Origin: Flavobacteriaceae bacterium
GTDB taxonomy: Bacteria; Bacteroidota; Bacteroidia; Flavobacteriales; Flavobacteriaceae
DNA length: 56,938 nt
Direction: 5' to 3'
Assembly: GCA_030829155.1 (NCBI GenBank)
Contig: JAURBD010000001.1
Span: 1 to 56,938, forward strand
Numbering within the stretch: position 1 is the first letter of the stretch; every line of letters starts with the position of its first letter. The notes beneath the pieces were generated by a model. The model did no database searches, was not told where the DNA came from, and saw nothing but the letters and a program-made list of their open reading frames with translations. The position numbers and the translations under genes are program-made. Shown in pieces: positions 10,133 through 18,364 of the stretch.

Positions 10133-11596
10133 ATGAAAAGAGAACAAGTTATAACCCTTGGGGAATTAAAAAAAACAGATTATTCCTCAAGAAATATTCA
10201 ACAAGAACTGGCTCAAAATTTAAAAGAACGTTTGCGTTCTGGAAGGAAAACTTTTGAAGGTTTAGTTGGTTATGAAAATACTGTAATTCCTGATGTTGAA
10301 CGTGCAATACTATCTGGGCACAATATTAATTTACTCGGACTAAGAGGGCAAGCCAAAACTCGATTAGCGCGTCAAATGACTGAATTATTAGACGAATGGA
10401 TTCCCGTTGTAAAAGGATCTGAAATCAATGATGACCCACTCAATCCAATCAGTCACAAAGCTAAGGAAATCATTTCTGAAAATGGAGATCAAACCGAGAT
10501 CAACTGGTTACATAGATCAGATCGTTTTTTCGAAAAACTAGCTACTCCAGATGTTACCGTTGCAGATCTTATTGGTGATGTTGATCCCATAAAAGCATCA
10601 AACCTAAAACTTTCTTATGCAGACGAGCGTGTCATTCATTTTGGGATGATTCCCAGAGCACACCGATGTATTTTTGTGCTTAACGAGCTTCCCGATCTGC
10701 AAGCGAGAATTCAAGTTGCCTTGTTTTCAATATTACAAGAAAAAGAAATTCAAATTCGAGGATTTAAATTAAGGCTACCCATTGCTGCACAATTAATTTT
10801 TACCGCAAACCCTGAAGACTACACCAATAGGGGTAGTATTGTAACCCCACTAAAAGACAGGATCGGCTCACAGATTCTTACGCATTACCCACACAACAGA
10901 GATATTGCAAAAACCATAACCAGGCAAGAAGCCATCCTAACAGAAGAACAAGCAGAAAAAATTCATATTCCTGAATTAGCTCGGGATATTCTAGAACAAA
11001 TTGGTTTTGAAGCTCGAAAAAGTGAATATGTAGATTCAAAAAGTGGAGTAAGTGCTCGAATGAGTATTACTGCATTTGAAAATTTGATCAGTACAGCCGA
11101 AAGGCGTTTGCTCATCACAGGAGATTCAAATTCGGCAATAAGGATGTCCGATTTTATGGGAATTATACCTGCCATAAATGGTAAAATTGAATTGGTTTAC
11201 GAGGGAGAACAAGAAGGTGCAGAACAAATATCGTATCACCTCATTTCAGAATCCATCAAAACATTGTTTACAGATTATTTCCCAAAAATCGAAAAACTAC
11301 AAAAAGAAGATGAAGTTGGGCCGTACAACAAAATTTTAGAATGGTTTTTTAAGGACAATGAACTTTTTCTTGAAGACACAATATCTAATCGAGAGTATCA
11401 AGATTCGTTAACACTTATCCCTGGAATCGATGAAGTTTTAAATTCCAATTTGAAGGATGTGACAAAGGAAGATCGATGCTTTATGATGGAATTTTTACTG
11501 TGGGGACTCGAAGCCAATAAAAAATTAAATAAATACAGAACGCTTGAAGGTTTTCAATTTAAAGATTCATTGGGGAGTTACATCAATGGTTTGTGA
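10133..11596 (+). CDS. AAA+ ATPase, Mg-chelatase ChlI/MoxR-like
   Basis: Variant Walker A GLRGQAKT, Walker B-like FVLNELPDL, TANPEDYTNRG, PLKDRI. Confidence 0.88.
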   Translation: MKREQVITLGELKKTDYSSRNIQQELAQNLKERLRSGRKTFEGLVGYENTVIPDVERAILSGHNINLLGLRGQAKTRLARQMTELLDEWIPVVKGSEINDDPLNPISHKAKEIISENGDQTEINWLHRSDRFFEKLATPDVTVADLIGDVDPIKASNLKLSYADERVIHFGMIPRAHRCIFVLNELPDLQARIQVALFSILQEKEIQIRGFKLRLPIAAQLIFTANPEDYTNRGSIVTPLKDRIGSQILTHYPHNRDIAKTITRQEAILTEEQAEKIHIPELARDILEQIGFEARKSEYVDSKSGVSARMSITAFENLISTAERRLLITGDSNSAIRMSDFMGIIPAINGKIELVYEGEQEGAEQISYHLISESIKTLFTDYFPKIEKLQKEDEVGPYNKILEWFFKDNELFLEDTISNREYQDSLTLIPGIDEVLNSNLKDVTKEDRCFMMEFLLWGLEANKKLNKYRTLEGFQFKDSLGSYINGL

Positions 11597-11735
11597 TACA
11601 AATTTATTCACGCATACTCTCTAACGTACTACTGTTTAGAATCTTCAATGTTTGATAATGTACCTGTTCAAAAATTGATTTTATTTTACAGGTCTTTTTA
11701 TTACACTTATCACAATTTGTGAAATAATTCAAAGA

Positions 11736-12096
11736 AACACATGAAAGCATAGCAATTGGACCACCAATGATAGATGTTCAAATAAAAAAATACATGGTTT
11801 ATGTAAAAAAAAGGAATATTAGTAAATGTAGCAGATACTCCCGACCTTTGTGACTTCTATATGGGAGCAATTGTGACTAAAGGAAATTTAAAAATTGGAA
11901 TTTCAACCAATGGAAAATCTCCTACCTTAGCGAAAAGAATTCGACAATTTTTAGAAGAATTATTCCCTTAGAAAGTAAATGATTTACTCTATAATTTACA
12001 AAATATAGAAAATCAATTACGGGGGATTTTGAATTTAAAGTACAAGAGATAAATAAAATGACTAAATCAATTTTAGAAAAAAATGATACAAACTGA
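11736..12096 (+). pseudogene. Degraded precorrin-2 dehydrogenase/sirohydrochlorin ferrochelatase (CysG-N/Met8/SirC family) fragment
   Basis: The frame from 11813 reads GILVNVADTPDLCDFYMGAIVTKGNLKIGISTNGKSPTLAKRIRQFLEELFP*, with TAG at 11969-11971. A frameshift then gives KYRKSITGDFEFKVQEINKMTKSILEK. The 5' NAD-binding part is missing and the left boundary is approximate. Confidence 0.85.
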
Positions 12097-13114
12097 TATA
12101 ATCATCGTAGGAGCAGGTCCAGTAGGTTTATTTACTGTTTTTGAAGCGGGTCTTATGAAGCTAAAGTGCCACCTAATTGATGTTATTCCTCAAGCAGGTG
12201 GACAATTAACTGAAATATATCCTAAAAAACCAATCTATGATATTCCTGGCTTTCCCTCAATTTTGGCAGGGCAATTGGTCAACAATCTTTTAAAACAAGC
12301 AGAACCCTTTCATCCAGGATTTACTTTAGGTGAGCGTGCCGAAACTATAGAAAAACAAGAAGATGGAAACTTTATTGTAACTACATCTGAAGGCACTGAG
12401 CACATGGCGCCAACTGTAATAATTGCTGGAGGTTTAGGAAGTTTTGAACCTCGAAAACCCAAAATTGATTCCCTTAGTCATTTTGAAAAAAAGGGAGTTG
12501 AATATATGGTGCGAGAACCAAAGAACTTCATCGGTAAAAAATTATTTATATCAGGTGGTGGAGATTCTGCTTTAGATTGGGCTATTTATTTTGCTGAAAA
12601 TCATAGTATCCCAGTTGGTTTGGTTCATAGAACGGACATGTTTAGAGGTCATAAAGATTCTGTTGAAAAAATATATGATCTCCAAAAAAAGGGGGAAATT
12701 GAACTCTTCACTCATGCCGAAGTCATTGATCTAAAAGGCGAGAATCAATTGGAGCAGATTGTTGTGAAACAAAAAGATAAAAATGCGATTGAAATTAATG
12801 TGGATTACTGGTTTCCATTATTTGGTTTATCTCCAAAATTAGGTCCTATTGCCAATTGGGGATTAGAAATTGAAAAAAATGCCATAAAAGTAGACAACAC
12901 TTTAGACTATCAAACAAACATTCCAGGTGTTTTTGCAATCGGAGATGTTAACACCTATCCGGGTAAGTTAAAATTAATCTTATGCGGTTTTCATGAAGCA
13001 ACTTTAGCGGTTCAAACTGCGTACAAGATAATCTATCCAAATAAACGTTTTACAATGAAGTACACGACAGTTCAAGGTATTCAGGGGTTTGAGCCTGATT
13101 CCGTAAAAGTGTAA
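12083..13114 (+). CDS. Ferredoxin--NADP(+) reductase, TrxB/YumC type
   Basis: GAGPVG, GGQL.EIYPKKPIYDIPGFP, GGGDSALDW, GDVNTYPGKLKLI; no thioredoxin-reductase CxxC. Confidence 0.88.
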   Translation: MIQTDIIIVGAGPVGLFTVFEAGLMKLKCHLIDVIPQAGGQLTEIYPKKPIYDIPGFPSILAGQLVNNLLKQAEPFHPGFTLGERAETIEKQEDGNFIVTTSEGTEHMAPTVIIAGGLGSFEPRKPKIDSLSHFEKKGVEYMVREPKNFIGKKLFISGGGDSALDWAIYFAENHSIPVGLVHRTDMFRGHKDSVEKIYDLQKKGEIELFTHAEVIDLKGENQLEQIVVKQKDKNAIEINVDYWFPLFGLSPKLGPIANWGLEIEKNAIKVDNTLDYQTNIPGVFAIGDVNTYPGKLKLILCGFHEATLAVQTAYKIIYPNKRFTMKYTTVQGIQGFEPDSVKV

Positions 13115-13204
13115 AAGAAAAATAGAATTTTTTTAACAGATTTTTTAGAAAAAATTACCACACCCTTAACAAGACTTTCATTTTATACTAGATACTTTTA
13201 CATT

Positions 13205-13275
13205 ATAGTTTTCATGTATTTGTTAAGAATTTTGATTAACAACTCCTCAATACAGCTGATATTGAGGAGTTTTTC
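13205..13275 (+). ncRNA. Candidate ~70-nt small RNA (promoter-like element, short U-rich body, intrinsic terminator)
   Basis: A -7-like TACTTTTA at 13193-13200 is followed by no ORF and then a perfect 12-bp terminator stem; inferred from architecture only. Confidence 0.35.
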
Positions 13276-13279
13276 TTTT
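13241..13279 (+). terminator. Rho-independent terminator
   Basis: AACTCCTCAATA-cagctga-TATTGAGGAGTT followed by TTTCTTTT. Confidence 0.85.
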
Positions 13280-13295
13280 CATACCTTTGTATTCG

Positions 13296-13547
13296 ATGAA
13301 AAAAAACAAGGATAGTGTACTAAGTATTGATCTTCACGGAATTCGGCATAAACAAGCCCTTGAATTGGTTCATAAAACCATAGATGAGTGTTCCAAAAAA
13401 GGGAGTTTTTCACTTACTGTTATCACAGGAAATTCAACGGTTCTTCAAGAACGCATATTTTCAGAATGTCTAGAAAGTTCCAAGTTTACCTATTTTATTC
13501 CTTCTTGGAATATGGGTCAAATCATTGTAGAACATATTGAATTGTAA
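13296..13547 (+). CDS. Stand-alone small Smr (MutS2 C-terminal-like) domain protein
   Basis: SIDLHG and VITGNS motifs. ATG 13296 is preferred because the track's TTG at 13287 is part of the TACCTTTG -7 element. Confidence 0.7.
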   Translation: MKKNKDSVLSIDLHGIRHKQALELVHKTIDECSKKGSFSLTVITGNSTVLQERIFSECLESSKFTYFIPSWNMGQIIVEHIEL

Positions 13548-13603
13548 TTTGAACGTTAAGAGTTAATTTAAAATTAATTACATTTCCAACTAATCTAGTT
13601 AAT

Positions 13604-13778
13604 ATAACTCAACAACATTACAATCAAGGATATACCAAAGTTTATAATCTTTATGGAGGAATTTTTGAGTGGATCAACCAAGGCAAGTTTTCAAAAATTC
13701 AAATGGATTAACCAACACGATCCATTGCTTAGAGAATAGTTTTACCAAATGGATAAAAATGGAGATATTTTTTATTGA
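13604..13778 (+). pseudogene. 3' remnant of a rhodanese-like domain gene
   Basis: Reads QGYTKVYNLYGGIFEWINQG (rhodanese C-terminal signature), then frameshifts to ...TNTIHC...KWIK/NGDIFY*; no start codon and no active-site Cys loop. Confidence 0.7.
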
Positions 13779-13905
13779 TCTCTGAGAAAATCACATTATT
13801 TTTATTAAAATATAAAAAAAATTATTGAGCTTTAAAATGACTTAGATGTTAAAAGTTGAATGATTTTGAGATTATTTTGTTAATTTAGGAAATATATCAA
13901 ATATT

Positions 13906-14076
13906 ATGACTGAGGTTGTTATTGTTGTTATCGCAATTATCGTACTCATCGTTGGTGTCATTATTTACGGAGTTGTCAGTACTACGATGGGTACTGAAGA
14001 AGATGTAAATAAAAATTTTATACCCGATCGTTTTGAAAGAATGGCAGGTAAAGATCCAAAAGAAAAAAGTAGTTGA
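13906..14076 (+). CDS. 56-aa single-pass membrane protein (below the ORF-track cut-off)
   Basis: MTEVVIVVIAIIVLIVGVIIYGVVSTTMGTEEDVNKNFIPDRFERMAGKDPKEKSS*; strong TM helix, A-rich upstream region, less AT-rich than its flanks. Confidence 0.7.
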   Translation: MTEVVIVVIAIIVLIVGVIIYGVVSTTMGTEEDVNKNFIPDRFERMAGKDPKEKSS

Positions 14077-14206
14077 ATATAAATTCACTGCTTTTAAGAA
14101 GTATGAGAGTAAATTTATTTTGAAATGTTAAAAACTTAAACATTGATAAATAGATTCGGAATTTTATTGGATTTTATTTTTGTAATTATTTTAGAAATAA
14201 AAATAT

Positions 14207-14233
14207 AAAACCCCCAGTTTTACTGAGGGTTTT
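14207..14233 (-). terminator. Terminator downstream of tRNA-Gln
   Basis: Imperfect stem AAAACCC(C)CAGT/ACTG(A)GGGTTTT immediately 3' of the tRNA, followed on the minus strand by a T-rich run. Confidence 0.65.
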
Positions 14234-14234
14234 G

Positions 14235-14307
14235 TTGGTCTACTAGGGCTCGAACCTAGACTCTTCTGGACCAAAACCAGACGTGTTGCCAGTTACACCA
14301 TAGACCA
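14235..14307 (-). tRNA. tRNA-Gln (anticodon TTG)
   Basis: The reverse complement folds as acceptor stem TGGTCTA/TAGACCA, D-arm GTGT/ACAC, anticodon arm TCTGG-TTTTGGT-CCAGA and T-arm CTAGG-TTCGAGC-CCTAG; CCA is not encoded. Confidence 0.97.
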
Positions 14308-14457
14308 ATAACAGAGGTGCAAATTTAATAGAATTATTTGCTAAGACAAACCATTTCTTAAAAATAATTAATTCTTAAGGAATATAAAGTTTGCATTCTG
14401 TTAAATTCAAGGTTGTTTCTTCAAATATTCTTACATTCGTTTTCATAAAATTGACCT

Positions 14458-17400
14458 ATGAACGAAACACAATTCAAATTTTGGGATCGCATTTTGGGAT
14501 GGAGTATTTTCGGAATTGCACTTCTAACATTTTGCATCACCGTTGAGCCCACAGCTAGTTTTTGGGATGCAAGCGAATATATTGCGACTTCGGCAAAATT
14601 ACAAGTAGGTCATCCGCCAGGTGCACCTTTTTATCAGATGATGGGTGCGTTTTTTGCTGTTTTTGCCAATGGGCCAGAGCAAATTGCTCTAATGGTAAAT
14701 TTAATGTCTGTTTTTTCTAGTGCATTTACCATTCTATTTTTATTCTGGACCCTAACTCTTCTACTTAAAAAAATGCCAGGATTTAATACTCTTGAAACCT
14801 CAACTGATGCAATTGGTCTTTTTGGAAGTGCTGCTGTTGGAGCTTTAGCATTCTGCTTTTCAGATAGTTTTTGGTTTAATGCGGTTGAGGCCGAAGTATA
14901 TGCTATGGCAACATGTATTCTTTCTCTTCTCTTTTGGTTAAGTCTTCGTTGGGAACAAGAAATGAATACTCCAAGGGGGGATCGTTGGCTGTTACTAATC
15001 TCCTTTATCATCGGGCTTTCCTTTGGGGTTCACTTCATGGGTCTCTTAACTATTCCAGCTATTGGAATGCTTTATTATTTTAAAAACACAAAAACGGTTA
15101 CCTTAAAAGGATTTTTAATTGCAAATATTGTATCCGTTGCTGTTTTACTTTTTATTTTCAAACTCTTACTTCCTCTTACGCTTACCTTATTTGGAAAGAT
15201 GGAGGTATATTTTGTCAATAATCTTGGCTTTTCATTCAACAGCGGGACTATTTTTACAACACTTTTACTTTTAGGTTTTTTTATATATACACTAAGTTTT
15301 ACACATAAAAAAAATTATGTCAATCTAAACACTGGAATTCTCTGTATTCTTTTTGTTTTTCTGGGATTTTCCTCTTGGATTATGCTCCCGATACGTGCCA
15401 ATGCCAATACGGTTATTAATGAAAATTCTCCTTCTGATGCGCGTCAGTTATTAGCATACTACAATCTTGAACAATATCCCGAAACAAAATTATTCTATGG
15501 CCCCATGTTTTCTGATATGTATGCAGGACAAGATGAACAAGAACCTTACATCGATGATAAGCCCAAATATGAACGAGATCAAAACACGGGACGCTACATA
15601 ATTGTTAATAACTGGAAAGGTTCAAGGATTAACGCAAATTCAAAACATAAAGGCTTACTTCCAAGGTTACACAGTTCTGAACATGCAGCAAATTACATGA
15701 ACTTTACAGAGCCTCTGGAGTTTACCATAAAACCAGAATACAGAGGAATTAAAGAGTTACAAGGAGAGGTTCAATCTTTTAGGCAAGAGGCAATACAAGG
15801 GTCTGTATCTGGCGAGGATTACCATGAGTTTTTCAAAAAAATGTCTCCTTACATCAACATTGAAAAACCCTCGTTTTTAAGTAATATGAGGTATTTGTTT
15901 GAGTACCAAATAGGATATATGTATGTGCGTTATTTTATGTGGAATTTTACTGGAAGGCAAAATGATGTTCAAGGACGTTATGATCTCCTCAGTGGGAATT
16001 GGATCAGCGGAATCCCTTTCATTGACTCGATTCGTCTAGGTAACCAAAATGAATTGAGCGATGATGCATTAAACAACAAAGCCAGAAACACCTATTTTTT
16101 CTTTCCATTAATTCTAGGTTTAATTGGTGTTTTCTTTTTGTTTGGTCAAGATAAAATGAAATTTTGGGTATTGATGTTGTTTTTCCTTTTTACAGGATTA
16201 GCGCTTAAGATCTACCTAAACGAGCGGCCTTTTGAACCAAGAGAGCGTGATTATGCTTTAGTAGGCTCGTTCTATGTGTTCGCAATTTGGATTGGAATGG
16301 GAGCTTTTGCCATGGCACAAAATCTCAAAAGCAAATGGTCCAGTAAATTTGCCGTACCCATTTCTATATCCTTATGTTTTTTGGCAGTCCCAATCCTTAT
16401 GGGATTTCAAAACTGGGATGATCATGATCGTTCAGAGCGATTCACCGCTCAATCCATTTCGAAGTCATATTTAACCTCAATACAAGAAGATGTTGGTGCT
16501 ATTATTTTTACTATTGGAGATAACGACACTTTTGCATTGTGGTATGCTCAAGACATCGAAGAATATCGAAGAGATGTGCGGCCGATCAATACTTCTTTGA
16601 TTGCTACGGATTGGTATATTGATCAAATGAAACGTAAAACATACAACAGTGAAGCTATTTCGATTCAGCTGGAACACCCTCAATATGCCTATGGAGTTCG
16701 AGACTACATAAAACACGAGTCAATTATTGACAGTATTCGTTGGGATATCAAAGATTTTATGAATTGGGTTTCTAGTGATGATCCCAGGAATAAATTCAAA
16801 AGAATAATTCAAAAATCTGGTGGTGATCCTGAACTTTATCCTGTTAGTACACAAGAAATGATTTTTTATCCCACCAATAAAATAAGAGTAAATGTCAATG
16901 TGGAGAATGTAATAGAAAGCGGATTGGTAAAGGAAAAGGATCGCGATTTAATCGTTCCTTACATTGATATTGATTTACCTCGAAATGGTTTGTATAAAAA
17001 TCAATTGATTATGCTTGATATTTTGGCAAATAATGATTGGAAGCGGCCAATCTATTTTACAGGTGGAAGCTTTGATGATTCCGAATATTTATGGATGAAA
17101 AATTATCTCCAACTCGAAGGATTAGTCTATAAGTTGGTGCCTATCAAGACTCAAAAAAATAAAAACAACCCTTATCTCATGGGAAGAATTGATGCTGACT
17201 TGATGTATGAGATTGTTAAAAAATGGGAATGGGGGAATTCTTATAGCCCAGAAATATATCACGATCCAGAAACAAGAAAAAATAGTATCTCCTACAGAGG
17301 TAATATGGCACGTTTGGCAGAAGTTCTTATTGACGAAGGAAAACCTGAAAAAGCAAAGGAAATCATTGATCTGAATTTAGAGAAAATGCCTGTTGATTTT

Positions 17401-18018
17401 TTTGGATACTACAGTCTTTTGACCCCTTTCATTGAAGGGTATTATCGCATTAATGAGCAAGAAGATGCGCGCAAACTTTTTGAAAAAATTGCTAGAAAAC
17501 ACCAAGATGAATTGGACTATTTCAATAGCCTTTCATTAAACCTTCAATATGAACTTGGAGAAGATATATTAACCGAGATTGAACGTTATCGTGCCTTGAT
17601 TGAGGTTGTTGTGGACAATAAAGATAAAGAGTTTATCAGTTCTAAGATTATAGAATTTCAACGCTATTCAGCTCCTTTTGAATTTCTTTATGGTAGCTAT
17701 GACTACTTTACAAGCCAAGAAGACTTTGTGGAAGGCCTTTATATAGGTGGTAATCAAGCAGCAGCACGTTTATTGATTGAAAATATTTCTGCGGTTTATG
17801 AAAAAAGACTATCAAGTCTGAGTAGTTTTCCAGCTGAAGAGCAAAAGTATTATGAAGAAATCATCATGGATGAAATCAATGGATACAGAAAGTTAATACT
17901 TTTTGTAAGTCTTTATGATGATGATGTTTATCGAGATAAAATGGAGAAACGTATTTTCAAAGCTATTGAGCCTCTTGAAATTTTTAATCGCTTATTTGAT
18001 AACGCAACAGAGGAATAG
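14458..18018 (+). CDS. DUF2723 / GT117 (TMEM260-like) multi-TM glycosyltransferase, putative protein O-mannosyltransferase
   Basis: EPTASFWD.SEYI, LQVGHPPGAP, FWFNAVEAEVY, EPRERDY, GDNDTF. Confidence 0.88.
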   Translation: MNETQFKFWDRILGWSIFGIALLTFCITVEPTASFWDASEYIATSAKLQVGHPPGAPFYQMMGAFFAVFANGPEQIALMVNLMSVFSSAFTILFLFWTLTLLLKKMPGFNTLETSTDAIGLFGSAAVGALAFCFSDSFWFNAVEAEVYAMATCILSLLFWLSLRWEQEMNTPRGDRWLLLISFIIGLSFGVHFMGLLTIPAIGMLYYFKNTKTVTLKGFLIANIVSVAVLLFIFKLLLPLTLTLFGKMEVYFVNNLGFSFNSGTIFTTLLLLGFFIYTLSFTHKKNYVNLNTGILCILFVFLGFSSWIMLPIRANANTVINENSPSDARQLLAYYNLEQYPETKLFYGPMFSDMYAGQDEQEPYIDDKPKYERDQNTGRYIIVNNWKGSRINANSKHKGLLPRLHSSEHAANYMNFTEPLEFTIKPEYRGIKELQGEVQSFRQEAIQGSVSGEDYHEFFKKMSPYINIEKPSFLSNMRYLFEYQIGYMYVRYFMWNFTGRQNDVQGRYDLLSGNWISGIPFIDSIRLGNQNELSDDALNNKARNTYFFFPLILGLIGVFFLFGQDKMKFWVLMLFFLFTGLALKIYLNERPFEPRERDYALVGSFYVFAIWIGMGAFAMAQNLKSKWSSKFAVPISISLCFLAVPILMGFQNWDDHDRSERFTAQSISKSYLTSIQEDVGAIIFTIGDNDTFALWYAQDIEEYRRDVRPINTSLIATDWYIDQMKRKTYNSEAISIQLEHPQYAYGVRDYIKHESIIDSIRWDIKDFMNWVSSDDPRNKFKRIIQKSGGDPELYPVSTQEMIFYPTNKIRVNVNVENVIESGLVKEKDRDLIVPYIDIDLPRNGLYKNQLIMLDILANNDWKRPIYFTGGSFDDSEYLWMKNYLQLEGLVYKLVPIKTQKNKNNPYLMGRIDADLMYEIVKKWEWGNSYSPEIYHDPETRKNSISYRGNMARLAEVLIDEGKPEKAKEIIDLNLEKMPVDFFGYYSLLTPFIEGYYRINEQEDARKLFEKIARKHQDELDYFNSLSLNLQYELGEDILTEIERYRALIEVVVDNKDKEFISSKIIEFQRYSAPFEFLYGSYDYFTSQEDFVEGLYIGGNQAAARLLIENISAVYEKRLSSLSSFPAEEQKYYEEIIMDEINGYRKLILFVSLYDDDVYRDKMEKRIFKAIEPLEIFNRLFDNATEE

Positions 18019-18321
18019 CTAATCAGTTACATAGTCATTCATCAAACTGATTAGAGTGTTTGCATTTTGTTCACCACTCTGTCTCCAAACCATTTCGCCT
18101 CCCTTGTAAATCATGAGGGTTGGTATGGCTTTAACTCGAAGTGCTTCTGTTAACTTAGTATTTTTGGTGGTTTCAATTTTAATTACTTTACCTTGATCAC
18201 CAATCGCAGCAGCAACGTCTCTTAGAGCAGGATGAAATTCATCTGAAGGTTCAGCGTCCTCTTGAAAAAAAACGAGAAGCAGTGGAACTTTGTCTTCAAT
18301 TAATTCGCCAAATTTAGACAC
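18019..18321 (-). CDS. Thioredoxin-fold protein lacking CxxC
   Basis: (M)SKFGELI...HPALRDVAAA...VIKI...LRVKAIPTLMIYKGGEMVWRQSG. GTG 18321 is preferred because the TTG at 18348 lies within a TAAATTTG -7 element. Confidence 0.8.
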   Translation of the reverse strand: MSKFGELIEDKVPLLLVFFQEDAEPSDEFHPALRDVAAAIGDQGKVIKIETTKNTKLTEALRVKAIPTLMIYKGGEMVWRQSGEQNANTLISLMNDYVTD

Positions 18322-18364
18322 GTCTATTAGTGTTTTAAGTTTGTACAAATTTAAGTTTTTTTTA

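Noticed and set aside
10133-11596. Mg-chelatase suggesting (bacterio)chlorophyll or cobalamin synthesis
   Set aside because: No ChlH/CobN or other bch/cob genes are in the window, and this AAA+/vWA pair also occurs in non-phototrophs
13897-14088. 63-aa minus-strand ORF in the track
   Set aside because: It is the shadow of the more plausible + strand 56-aa TM protein; its Asn/Asp runs mirror Val/Ile codons
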